A stretch of DNA of 64,000 bases from a virus. Its lineage: Duplodnaviria; Caudoviricetes. Under the pieces are notes generated by a model. The model was not told the DNA's origin and searched no databases. It was given only the letters and a program-made list of their open reading frames with translations. Both the position numbers and the translations under genes were made by a program. Below are positions 41,038 to 50,290 of this stretch, in pieces (the stretch's first letter is position 1; the number at the start of each line of letters is the position of its first letter). Where the stretch lies: the IMG/VR virus record IMGVR_UViG_3300015607_004160; one strand, given 5' to 3'.

Positions 41038-41558
41038 CGAGAAGTCGTTGTTGTAGTTGTAGTTGTACTAGTTGTGGTTGTTGTAGTTGTAGGGGCATAG
41101 TTTAACAAAAATCCAATTGATGATTGATATTTACTTAATAACGATGCAGTTGGACTTCCAGAAAATGTACTACCAGTTGCGCTAAAAGCTCTCAATTCTA
41201 AAACATTATTATTCGTTTCAGTTTCTATTATTCTGCCTATGTTATATCCATATCGGTAAACATATTGTCCCATTTGAATCACATTTACAGAATCACAAAA
41301 CTTCTTTAAGTCTTCCTGAAATTTTGAATTAGTTTGAAATCTAATCTGATCAAATGTTTTCTTTTTAACATAATCAACATTTGATATATCAATAGTATCA
41401 ATTGAATATTTTCTTAATAATGTATCTTGAAATGTAGAATATAGTCCATCTTTAAAAAGTTCATCAACATACTGATAGTATTCAATTCTACCGAGCTCTC
41501 CTTTTTTAGCAATGGCGTCTATCTTAGAATAGATTTTATTGACTTTTTTAATATTCAT
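41034..41558 (-). CDS. Hypothetical protein with C-terminal poly-Thr tract
   Basis: Start MNIKK; ends PTTTTTTTSTTTTTTTSR. Confidence 0.7.
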   Translation of the reverse strand: MNIKKVNKIYSKIDAIAKKGELGRIEYYQYVDELFKDGLYSTFQDTLLRKYSIDTIDISNVDYVKKKTFDQIRFQTNSKFQEDLKKFCDSVNVIQMGQYVYRYGYNIGRIIETETNNNVLELRAFSATGSTFSGSPTASLLSKYQSSIGFLLNYAPTTTTTTTSTTTTTTTTSR

Positions 41559-41562
41559 CTTA

Positions 41563-42642
41563 TTACTGATTTTGTTCTGGTGTTGGTGTCTTCTCACCCT
41601 CTGGTCTAATTAATGCATCAACTTCAGCTATCTTATCTCTTTGGGCAGTTTGTAAAAAGTCTGTATAATTTTTAACTGCTTTTAGTTTATCCTTATCATT
41701 TTTGATGTTCTTTAAATTATTTGTGATTTCTTCAGCAGTTTTATCCTGCTCTTGTGGAGCAGCACCCAAAATATCTTCATATTTTTTCTTAAAGTTAGTA
41801 CCGTCTTCTGCTTTAAATCCAACATTACCTTGATCATCAAGTGTGTCAATTACTTTAGTTCCGACTCTATCTTTTTGTTCTTCGGGTTTCTTGTTTTCAT
41901 CAAATCCATCCATTTTATACATTACCTTTACCTTCTTATCAAAGAATTCTTTTAATTTTTCATAATTCATTGTAGCAACTTGACCACCTCCTTTTTTAAT
42001 TGCTTCATCATATATTTTCTTCATTTCTTCCTCAGTTAATTCCTTATCTAACTGCATTGACATGTCTTTTTGAAAACTATCAAAGAATTTAAAAGATGTA
42101 TCCTGAGCCACTTTTAATTGTTGTGCATCAGCTTTTCCTTTAACCGCATTATTAATGGCTTCTGTATATTTAGTAGATCCGAATTTATAATTTGGATCTG
42201 ATAATAATCCATAAATTCCTTTCCATCCAGCTTCTTTATTACCAATTAAGATAGATTTGGCAACTGCTGCTGCGGCAGATGATTTTCCCTTATCACCTAT
42301 TGCCGAACCAAAATCTTTTCCTATACCTTCTGCCAATTGAGTTAAACTACTCTTAAATTGTTCCATTATACCGATAACATCTGAAACATTTGTAATATTT
42401 TTATCACGAAGTCCCTTCTGAGCAGAATCAATCGCTTGATTTAAATTACTCATTACAATTCCCTTAATAGAATTTGGATCGTCTTCTTTAAAAGATTTTT
42501 TGATATCATCTACCAAATCCTTAAATGGTGCAGAAAAAGTTTGAAAAAGCTTTCCTAAAGCTCCCTTTACTAACTTTCCAATAAATTCCTCATTTATCAT
42601 TTCATGATTTTTATGAGATTCATATGTTTTGATATATTTCAT
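41563..42642 (-). CDS. Hypothetical (probable virion) protein with N-terminal tag
   Basis: MKYIKTYESHKNHEMINEEF; late motif at 42659-42667. Confidence 0.8.
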   Translation of the reverse strand: MKYIKTYESHKNHEMINEEFIGKLVKGALGKLFQTFSAPFKDLVDDIKKSFKEDDPNSIKGIVMSNLNQAIDSAQKGLRDKNITNVSDVIGIMEQFKSSLTQLAEGIGKDFGSAIGDKGKSSAAAAVAKSILIGNKEAGWKGIYGLLSDPNYKFGSTKYTEAINNAVKGKADAQQLKVAQDTSFKFFDSFQKDMSMQLDKELTEEEMKKIYDEAIKKGGGQVATMNYEKLKEFFDKKVKVMYKMDGFDENKKPEEQKDRVGTKVIDTLDDQGNVGFKAEDGTNFKKKYEDILGAAPQEQDKTAEEITNNLKNIKNDKDKLKAVKNYTDFLQTAQRDKIAEVDALIRPEGEKTPTPEQNQ

Positions 42643-42713
42643 TATAGTTTTTTATTTCTATATATTAAAATGAAAAACTACAATTTATAATAATATTTAT
42701 TAAATCATTTTCA

Positions 42714-43043
42714 TTATACACTAAAGCTCGAACCACATCCACAAACGCGGGAAGCATTGGGGTTAATCCATTCAAAACCTTTACCATTTAATCCATCCGA
42801 ATAGGTAAGTTCAGTGCCCCATAAGTATAGAATACTTTTTTTATCACAGACAATATTAATAGCACCGTTATCAAATATTTCATCGTGTTCATTTATCTTA
42901 TCATCAAAATCCATTTTATATGATAATCCTGAGCAACCACCACCAGTAACACTAACTCTCAAATTGTGTGTATCGGGAGTAATACCATCACTCATCATTA
43001 ATTCAATAACATGGTCCATCGCTTTTTCACTAATAGTAATCAT
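42714..43043 (-). CDS. iscA: Fe-S cluster assembly A-type carrier (IscA/HesB)
   Basis: GGGCSGLSY, NPNA..CGCGSSF. Confidence 0.95.
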   Translation of the reverse strand: MITISEKAMDHVIELMMSDGITPDTHNLRVSVTGGGCSGLSYKMDFDDKINEHDEIFDNGAINIVCDKKSILYLWGTELTYSDGLNGKGFEWINPNASRVCGCGSSFSV

Positions 43044-43354
43044 AATAATATCATATCTAATTTTTTATCTCTCGTGTATGAGTAGAATTTACTATAGGTC
43101 TCACTTTTAAATTTTGATGTAAATTTCTTTTCATATGAAACTTTATATTTATAATTTTTCTTTTCTTTTTTAGTAGAAAAGTCGAAATATCGATTTTCTG
43201 ATATCTCAACAACTACACAGTTATAAAATACGAAATGTCTTTCGGAATGTTTTGAATATTCTATAGTTGATGGTATTTCACATTTCTCCTCAAGAATAAA
43301 GTGAAACATATTATCCTCATATGAAGATCCTATTATATTAAGCTTAGTAGTCAT
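43040..43354 (-). CDS. Hypothetical protein with C-terminal RDKKLDMIL tag
   Basis: Start reassigned to MTTKL; the upstream Met-rich extension is a shadow of the acidic tail of the neighbouring gene. Confidence 0.7.
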   Translation of the reverse strand: MTTKLNIIGSSYEDNMFHFILEEKCEIPSTIEYSKHSERHFVFYNCVVVEISENRYFDFSTKKEKKNYKYKVSYEKKFTSKFKSETYSKFYSYTRDKKLDMILL

Positions 43355-43628
43355 ATTCATCATCCTCATCATCATCCTCATCTTCATAGTCTTCATCTTC
43401 GTAATACTCTTCATAGTCTGGGTATTCAATAACATCATTATCCTTGAAGAAGAGGAGTAAGTCTTTTTTTTCTTTTAAATTTAATCCAGTATTTTTTAAT
43501 TTTATAACTTCATCACCTTTGAAAAAGGAAAATTCAATTTTAGCATCATTTTCTAGATCTTTTAATTTTTCAAAAATTAAATCTTTTTCGTGACATTCGT
43601 CTAAGCTATAGTACTTACATAGTTTCAT
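43344..43628 (-). CDS. Hypothetical protein with acidic C-terminal tail
   Basis: Ends YEEYYEDEDYEDEDDDEDDEYDY; late motif at 43657-43665. Confidence 0.7.
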   Translation of the reverse strand: MKLCKYYSLDECHEKDLIFEKLKDLENDAKIEFSFFKGDEVIKLKNTGLNLKEKKDLLLFFKDNDVIEYPDYEEYYEDEDYEDEDDDEDDEYDY

Positions 43629-43636
43629 TTGAATAA

Positions 43637-44374
43637 TTATATTTTTTTCATCTTTCTATATATTAATGTATTTGATAAAATTGGTTTATCTTCATTATCC
43701 TCCCATTTAGCAGATATAACTAATTCACCCCCTATCAAACTGACGCTAAAATACTTATTTTTTCCTATGCGAAATGTTGCATATGTATCTTCTATTTTTA
43801 TTGGTTCGACTTCTATCTCGTCATCTCCATCAAAATTTTTCATTGATTTCACAAAATCAAATCTCTCATTACCTTTATAATATTCTTTTTTTAAGAGTTT
43901 TAAAAATGGATCATGAATCTTTAAAACCTCATTTTTTCTAACACCAAATACATCCTTCCATTTGAATCCCAATGTTATATGTAAGTCCATTTCTGGAAGA
44001 CCAAATATCTTTCTTAGCTCCTGCAAATCATCAGACTTAACTACGACAAAATATGTCCTATTTTCATTTCTTTCAGCTGTTCCAACCCCCATTAAATTAA
44101 TTTCAAATTCAGTATCAAAGTATTTTTCTAATGAATTAATAAATTTATCAAATCCAACTTCTTTTGATATTTTGTTATATTCCATAACATTGATGACAGT
44201 TATATGATGCTTACCATGGTCCCTATTAGACTGATTGGTTATATAGGTATCATAATCATCTTCTAATATTTCTTCTAATTGAGATAGGTAAGGTGTTACT
44301 ATATCAGTATAGATATTAACTCCTATATAATTATTACCGACTATATCTTTTAAATATTCTAATCTTACTTTCAT
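43637..44374 (-). CDS. 2H phosphoesterase
   Basis: Two H-x-T motifs, HHITVI and LHITLG, about 80 aa apart. Confidence 0.8.
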   Translation of the reverse strand: MKVRLEYLKDIVGNNYIGVNIYTDIVTPYLSQLEEILEDDYDTYITNQSNRDHGKHHITVINVMEYNKISKEVGFDKFINSLEKYFDTEFEINLMGVGTAERNENRTYFVVVKSDDLQELRKIFGLPEMDLHITLGFKWKDVFGVRKNEVLKIHDPFLKLLKKEYYKGNERFDFVKSMKNFDGDDEIEVEPIKIEDTYATFRIGKNKYFSVSLIGGELVISAKWEDNEDKPILSNTLIYRKMKKI

Positions 44375-44817
44375 TTTCCTTTAAATTTTAATTTACCGAC
44401 TACTAAGGCAGGAGTAGTATACAATAATTTTTTTAATTTACCTATATATCTTTTATCAGATATTAATATTTCAAAATCTAGAGATTCACTATCTTTTGAT
44501 AGACCAATATAAGCGGATTCGAATCCATAGTCTTTACCCATACCCTCTATTTCAGCTATTGCGTATTTGCTAATATCAACGGTTTTAAATTTTCGTTTTG
44601 AGTCTGATCTAAAACTATCTAATACATAGTCAACTGCTGCTAATATACTATTAAATTTTTCTTCCTTTCCATTATAATTTCCAACTACAGATACCTTAGT
44701 TATCTTTCTTCGTATATCTCCTATAAAATTGGTTAATCTGTGATCAGCTAAATCCTTTGTTAAGGCCGACGCAACTTTACTAGCACTAAATAACTCATTG
44801 AACTTTTTAATTTTCAT
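44371..44817 (-). CDS. Hypothetical protein with N-terminal tag
   Basis: MKIKKFNELF. Confidence 0.75.
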   Translation of the reverse strand: MKIKKFNELFSASKVASALTKDLADHRLTNFIGDIRRKITKVSVVGNYNGKEEKFNSILAAVDYVLDSFRSDSKRKFKTVDISKYAIAEIEGMGKDYGFESAYIGLSKDSESLDFEILISDKRYIGKLKKLLYTTPALVVGKLKFKGK

Positions 44818-44833
44818 AGGATTATATATTTAA

Positions 44834-46843
44834 TTAAAATCCATTATTTTTTAACCAAACGATAAAATCATGAGCATATAAATGTTTTTTACCTTCATAT
44901 TTGCTATCGGTTCCTTTTATTCCATATAAACCATACCCTGGATCAGAAAGTTTCATTTTTTTATGTTCTTCTATTACTCTTTCCTTTAATGACCTATCCC
45001 TAGTATTATTAGCTGAAATTATATTAAAATTTCTTTCATCAATATTAAAATCACATACTTTAGTCCATGTTTTTGTTAGAACCGACATTTGTTTATTTAA
45101 ACTATAAAAGTCTTTTCCACTTGTATTATTTGGGTGTTTTCTACCAAGAGGTTCCGGCTTTTGAGTACATATAATATAATCTTTAGTTTCCATAACTATC
45201 GCCCTTGACCCAACTTGAAATCCTAGACTTTCTAAGTATTCATCATTTAATTGTTTATCTTCTTCATAGTTATACTTATCATTGACCATCATTCTAATAT
45301 TTAACACCTTGTCTGAATATTCTAATTTACCATTATCACAATAGACTGTAATAGTTTTTATTTCTTTTATTCCTTTTAACCTGTTCATAACTTGTTGAAT
45401 ATCAGAATAGAAACTAGCAGATTTTAAAAACTCAATGTGATTCGAATACCCAACTGGTAATCCATATCCTTTAAGTGACATGGTAAAGTAGTAGTTGTTA
45501 TCAGCATAATCGTTAGTTTTGGTATCATTTAGATATAAATTGTAAGTTCCCTGAGCAAATTCACTACGAGGAGGTGCTTTACTCAAACTATCAGTTACAT
45601 ATAAAAAAGCATCTTCAATTTCGGATAATAAGGCATATTTATCTATTTCCTTTGGTATATCATATTCACCAACTCCATATTTATTCAGGAATTTTTTTGC
45701 AAATTCTACATTTCCTTCTCTTTCCTTCTCTTCCTCTTCATGTTCCATAATATCTTTACATATTTCAATAGCTCCATCTATATAAGATTGGTCAAATTTA
45801 GTTATACCAAGCCTTGTTCTTTTTTCATCACTTAACATAGCATATATGTTTGATGAAGAAGATATTGGGTAATAAGCATGATATGGTTCTTTGTATTCTT
45901 CTGGTTGTTTACCAGTTCTCTCTGCATATAGATTTTTAATTATTTGATCAATATCTATATCTAAATCATCATCATCTTCCACATCGTCAGATATCAAATT
46001 TTGGTCTTTTATTTTACCCAAAAACATACTTTTCCATTTTTCTTTTTCAGCTTTTTCTTTGTCCTCTCTTTCCTTTTTAAGCTTAGAAATATGTTGATTT
46101 GCCGCATCAATAGTCATGGCAACTTGGGGTATATTTAATATTCTATTTACAACCTCTTGTATTTGTGGGGCAAATTTTGCATTTTGCCAATCTCCATATC
46201 CTGCCAGGTCTTGGTCTGCACCACCTGCTTCTTCTATGATAAATCCATCTTTATTCCATCCATACCCTGTTCCTATAGTACATAATAGGTTATCTGATAT
46301 GGATCTTCTATTAGAATAAAGAGATTTATATTTATAATTAGGATCTAGTTTAATTTCAACCCAATCTTCAAGTGTTTTGTTAATCTTTAACATCTTCTTT
46401 TCTAGTTCACTCAGTGGTTTGCCATTTTTAATTAAATTAAAAAATGTTTTACTGTCTTTAACATTATCTCTACCATTGGTAACATGCATCGCCCACGCAT
46501 CATAGATTAGATTTTCTATTTCATTGTTTTGGGGATTACACATTTCAATTTTATATTTAGGATTATCTTCACAATCCCAATAACCGGTTTCCTCACCATC
46601 TTCATCTGTAGTTGTAGCTCCATCTCTAAGAATGCCATCACCTCCCCAACAAACTCTACCATCATACCATAAGGTATTATACATATATCCTAGCTTGGCT
46701 AATTGTGGTAAATTCTCTGATTGAGTTAGGTACTCTTGATTTTCCCTAATACAAATAAGTATAGGATCAATTACATTTTCCTCAAATTTGAAATGTTTGT
46801 CATTGACGAAACTTTCATATGTTTTAACTATTTTCTTTGCCAT
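44834..46843 (-). CDS. Large hypothetical protein with N-terminal tag
   Basis: Start reassigned to MAKKIVKTYESF; C-terminal half paralogous to 46845..47663. Confidence 0.8.
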   Translation of the reverse strand: MAKKIVKTYESFVNDKHFKFEENVIDPILICIRENQEYLTQSENLPQLAKLGYMYNTLWYDGRVCWGGDGILRDGATTTDEDGEETGYWDCEDNPKYKIEMCNPQNNEIENLIYDAWAMHVTNGRDNVKDSKTFFNLIKNGKPLSELEKKMLKINKTLEDWVEIKLDPNYKYKSLYSNRRSISDNLLCTIGTGYGWNKDGFIIEEAGGADQDLAGYGDWQNAKFAPQIQEVVNRILNIPQVAMTIDAANQHISKLKKEREDKEKAEKEKWKSMFLGKIKDQNLISDDVEDDDDLDIDIDQIIKNLYAERTGKQPEEYKEPYHAYYPISSSSNIYAMLSDEKRTRLGITKFDQSYIDGAIEICKDIMEHEEEEKEREGNVEFAKKFLNKYGVGEYDIPKEIDKYALLSEIEDAFLYVTDSLSKAPPRSEFAQGTYNLYLNDTKTNDYADNNYYFTMSLKGYGLPVGYSNHIEFLKSASFYSDIQQVMNRLKGIKEIKTITVYCDNGKLEYSDKVLNIRMMVNDKYNYEEDKQLNDEYLESLGFQVGSRAIVMETKDYIICTQKPEPLGRKHPNNTSGKDFYSLNKQMSVLTKTWTKVCDFNIDERNFNIISANNTRDRSLKERVIEEHKKMKLSDPGYGLYGIKGTDSKYEGKKHLYAHDFIVWLKNNGF

Positions 46844-46844
46844 T

Positions 46845-47663
46845 TTATAACCCATTATTTTTTAGCCATAATAAAAAATCTGTTGCATAAAGGTCTTTAG
46901 TACCTTCTTTTTTACTTTTGTTTATACCATATGTCCCATAAGACTTATCTGATAATTTCATTTTTTTGTGTTCTTGAAAAATTTGGTGAATAAAATTTTC
47001 CAATTTTTTATCTGAAATCTTATATTCATTTTCATTATACAATAAATTAAATCCCCTCTCGTCTATTGTAAGATCAAATAATTTATTCCATTTTTTATCA
47101 CATATTTCAAGTGATTTCACTTGAGGTTCTATATTATTTACTACATAAATATTATATGAATTTAATTTCATACCGATAAATGTATCTGATATTTCAAATC
47201 CTTTTTTTGATAATTCATTTTCCCTTTTTAACCTTTTACTATACCCATGATTATCATTGACTATCATCTTTATTTCTATATTTGCATCTAAATCATCTAA
47301 ATCAACTTCCTCACTTTCAGGTATATTTGAATAATAGAAAAAAACAAACTTTAGATCCTTTATTAATCGAAGTCGATGTAATACATTTTTAATATCGTTA
47401 TAAAATGCAGCCCCACTAAGTGATTCAATATCATTTGAAAATCCAAAAGGCAATTTATCAATATCACCTAATTTTAGATAAAAGTAATAATTATTATCAT
47501 CATATGCCTCATTTATATATAATGTATATTCCCCAGCTTTCATTTCTGAGGTATAGAAAGATTTAGTTCTCTTAAAAGAATCGGTTAAATAGAGAAAACA
47601 ATCTTCTATTTCACTCAACAACTTATATTTAAATAAATCTCTAACTTTTTTAATTTTAGCCAT
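46845..47663 (-). CDS. Hypothetical protein, paralog of the C-terminal half of 44834..46843
   Basis: Shared KY.LLSEIED.FLY.TDS, DNNYYF, IDER.FN, HKKMKLSD, WLKNNG blocks. Confidence 0.8.
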   Translation of the reverse strand: MAKIKKVRDLFKYKLLSEIEDCFLYLTDSFKRTKSFYTSEMKAGEYTLYINEAYDDNNYYFYLKLGDIDKLPFGFSNDIESLSGAAFYNDIKNVLHRLRLIKDLKFVFFYYSNIPESEEVDLDDLDANIEIKMIVNDNHGYSKRLKRENELSKKGFEISDTFIGMKLNSYNIYVVNNIEPQVKSLEICDKKWNKLFDLTIDERGFNLLYNENEYKISDKKLENFIHQIFQEHKKMKLSDKSYGTYGINKSKKEGTKDLYATDFLLWLKNNGL

Positions 47664-47683
47664 GTTTATTAATTATTTTTTAT

Positions 47684-48871
47684 TTATAACATTCGTTTAA
47701 ATTTTTCTATTTCTAATCTTTTAATTTCTGCACCTAGCTGGGCGCCTTGAAATCCCTTATCCATTAACTTTTTTGAATCAACAGATGGTTTATATTTTAA
47801 AAATGCCATATGAATCTTATCTGATATGTTATTAACTTTATACCAGTCTAGTATCACATCATCAGAAACCCTAGCGATTTGTTTTTTCTTGTAAAGGTCA
47901 ATTACATTATTAATATCTAAATTAATTAGGGATATCAAGAATACAATTTTTCTTGCCATATCTACTTCAATCTTAAATTTTTGAACAAGTTTATTTAACA
48001 ATTTATCTGGGTTGTTATTAATTAGTATATTAGATAAATAAACTTCTAAAAATTTAGAGTCTTTAATATCTTCATTGATATTAACTCCTGGTAAAATTTG
48101 AGGCCACATATTATATTCATTTAATAGTGTTAAATAAATAGAAAAATTTTTACATTGGGCAAACGATTTTTTAACTTCATCCCATATTCTTTCTGCTGAT
48201 ACATCTTCTTTTGGACCAACACCTATTAGTCTATTATCTGATTTTATAGCATCTGAAGTCTGTTTGTCAATTTTTCCATTTGATCTGGCAGTAAATCTAA
48301 AAATACGGCAAATTCTTAATCTATCTTCCTTGAATCTCTCAATGGGATTTCCAACTGCTTTAATAACATTATTTTTTATATCATTAACACCACCAACAAT
48401 ATCTACAATTTCCTTTTTTTCTATATTATAAAATAAAGCATTAATAGTAAGATCCCTTCTCATACAATCGTCCTCTATCGTTATATGATTACCCATTTCG
48501 ACCTTTTGATCATTCCCTTTTGTATCCCTACCCATAGATATATCCTTTCTATAAGATGCAATTTCATAGCCATTTGGCTCATCTTTTGTATAGACTCTTA
48601 TCACACCAAAATTTTTACCTTGCTCATCAGATACATTAAATTCGTTTAATATTTTTTTGGACTCACTCGGCAATGCGTTTGTAACTAAATCATAATCCTT
48701 TGGTGTTTTACCTTGTAGAAAATCCCTGACAGCCCCACCTACAACAAATATATTTTTTCCATTTTTTATATACTGATTTGAGATATTAATTATATCATAT
48801 GGTAAGGGCATTTCTATTTTAATAGAATTATTTTCTAGTAAAAAATCTTTATAATTTTTAATTTTTTTCAT
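47684..48871 (-). CDS. cca: tRNA nucleotidyltransferase (class II, CCA-adding) with N-terminal tag
   Basis: VGGAVRD..KDYDL, RRDLTINA, RFKEDRLRICR..RF, VSAERIWDE; no HD domain. Confidence 0.9.
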   Translation of the reverse strand: MKKIKNYKDFLLENNSIKIEMPLPYDIINISNQYIKNGKNIFVVGGAVRDFLQGKTPKDYDLVTNALPSESKKILNEFNVSDEQGKNFGVIRVYTKDEPNGYEIASYRKDISMGRDTKGNDQKVEMGNHITIEDDCMRRDLTINALFYNIEKKEIVDIVGGVNDIKNNVIKAVGNPIERFKEDRLRICRIFRFTARSNGKIDKQTSDAIKSDNRLIGVGPKEDVSAERIWDEVKKSFAQCKNFSIYLTLLNEYNMWPQILPGVNINEDIKDSKFLEVYLSNILINNNPDKLLNKLVQKFKIEVDMARKIVFLISLINLDINNVIDLYKKKQIARVSDDVILDWYKVNNISDKIHMAFLKYKPSVDSKKLMDKGFQGAQLGAEIKRLEIEKFKRML

Positions 48872-49724
48872 TTATTTTATCTATTATTATTTTTCCTATA
48901 TTTTCCCTACATTTATATATTTCATTCTCCCACAAAAATAATGATTTTATATTATTATCTGATAGGTATTTTTCCTTTTTTTTATCCCTTTCTTTATTTT
49001 TTAGCTGAATTTCATTTAGAGTCAGAAATATATTTGGATTCCCATGCCAATAATCTCCCTGACATTCTATCACAAAGTTGTAATCTATAAGATAAAAGTC
49101 AAATATAAATCTATTACATCTATAGTTTTTGATAAATTTAATATTTAGGTCTATTAATTTTTCTCTTATTATAATTTCTATTTTGGTATCTTTTTTTGCC
49201 TTATTTGACGCTAATGATAGATCACCTATTCTTTTATCTTTTTCCTCATTAGATAGTGACTTCCAAATATTAGACCTTATTTTAGATAGTTTTATTGCAG
49301 ATTCCATCAATCTAACATCATTATATTTCGTCTTTCCTTTAGACCATGGTTCCTTTCCATACATGCCATTATTTTTACCAGAAGTATCTAATAACCCCTT
49401 CTTATACATTTCCTTTTTTGTTGAAGATATTTTTTTTGATGATTCCATTAAAATATCACAGTCGAATTTCGTTTTTCCTTTAGACCAAGACTCCTTTCCA
49501 TACATACCATTTCCTGATCCACTATATAATCTAGATTTTATATTTGATGTTTGCTCTTTGGTGTGTTTTAGTTTAAGTTTTTTAATCTTTATTTTAATGG
49601 CTGTTTTTGTTCGATTGGGGTATTTTAAGATATAATCATTAAAAAATTCAGATATAGAAAGTCCCATTTCTAAATATAAATATTTTAAATAAATAATTTC
49701 ATCTTCTGACCAATATATTCTCAT
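48858..49724 (-). CDS. Putative homing endonuclease (NUMOD-like repeats plus DUF559/Vsr-like domain)
   Basis: Two SG.NNGMYGKEPWSKGKTK-type repeats; TKIE, FDFYL..VIECQGDYWH, LWE; own late motif at 49729-49737. Confidence 0.8.
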   Translation of the reverse strand: MRIYWSEDEIIYLKYLYLEMGLSISEFFNDYILKYPNRTKTAIKIKIKKLKLKHTKEQTSNIKSRLYSGSGNGMYGKESWSKGKTKFDCDILMESSKKISSTKKEMYKKGLLDTSGKNNGMYGKEPWSKGKTKYNDVRLMESAIKLSKIRSNIWKSLSNEEKDKRIGDLSLASNKAKKDTKIEIIIREKLIDLNIKFIKNYRCNRFIFDFYLIDYNFVIECQGDYWHGNPNIFLTLNEIQLKNKERDKKKEKYLSDNNIKSLFLWENEIYKCRENIGKIIIDKINEKN

Positions 49725-49818
49725 AAACTATATATTAAATTTCATTACCGGAAAAGTCGAATAGTTCTAAATGGATCTTTTATTTAAAATATACGTAAAA
49801 ATTTAATATATATATTAA

Positions 49819-50277
49819 ATGGATAATTCTGAAATAATAGTTAGGAAATTTGAGAGCTTCAATGATAATACTTGGGAAGAGGATTTACTTTCACTATATG
49901 ATATTTTTTGTGAATTAGAAGATACTAAAATATGTCGGATTGATTACCAAGGGGGGTATAGAACATCCAGTGGAAGTAATAGTTATACTTGCTTTTTAAA
50001 AAATGAGAAAATAGAAGGCGACAAAGATCATATTAATTATATGATCAGAGTCAATTCTAAATCCTTATTAAGAGTTAGTTTACTCGAAATAGAATATAAA
50101 GGAGGATATTCACCATTTAGCCAAACAAATGCTCCTTCTTTTTATGCGGAAGATGCAGATATATTTCTTCAAATAATGAGATATGTGGATGCTGCTAAAA
50201 AAAGAATGCCTAAGTACAATCTTGGAATAACATTGGATGAAAATGTAGTTTACCTTGACTTTTTGGAAAACAGATAA
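49819..50277 (+). CDS. Hypothetical protein with N-terminal tag
   Basis: VRKFESF..LYDIFCELED; late motif at 49804-49812. Confidence 0.75.
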   Translation: MDNSEIIVRKFESFNDNTWEEDLLSLYDIFCELEDTKICRIDYQGGYRTSSGSNSYTCFLKNEKIEGDKDHINYMIRVNSKSLLRVSLLEIEYKGGYSPFSQTNAPSFYAEDADIFLQIMRYVDAAKKRMPKYNLGITLDENVVYLDFLENR

Positions 50278-50290
50278 TAATATATAGAAT

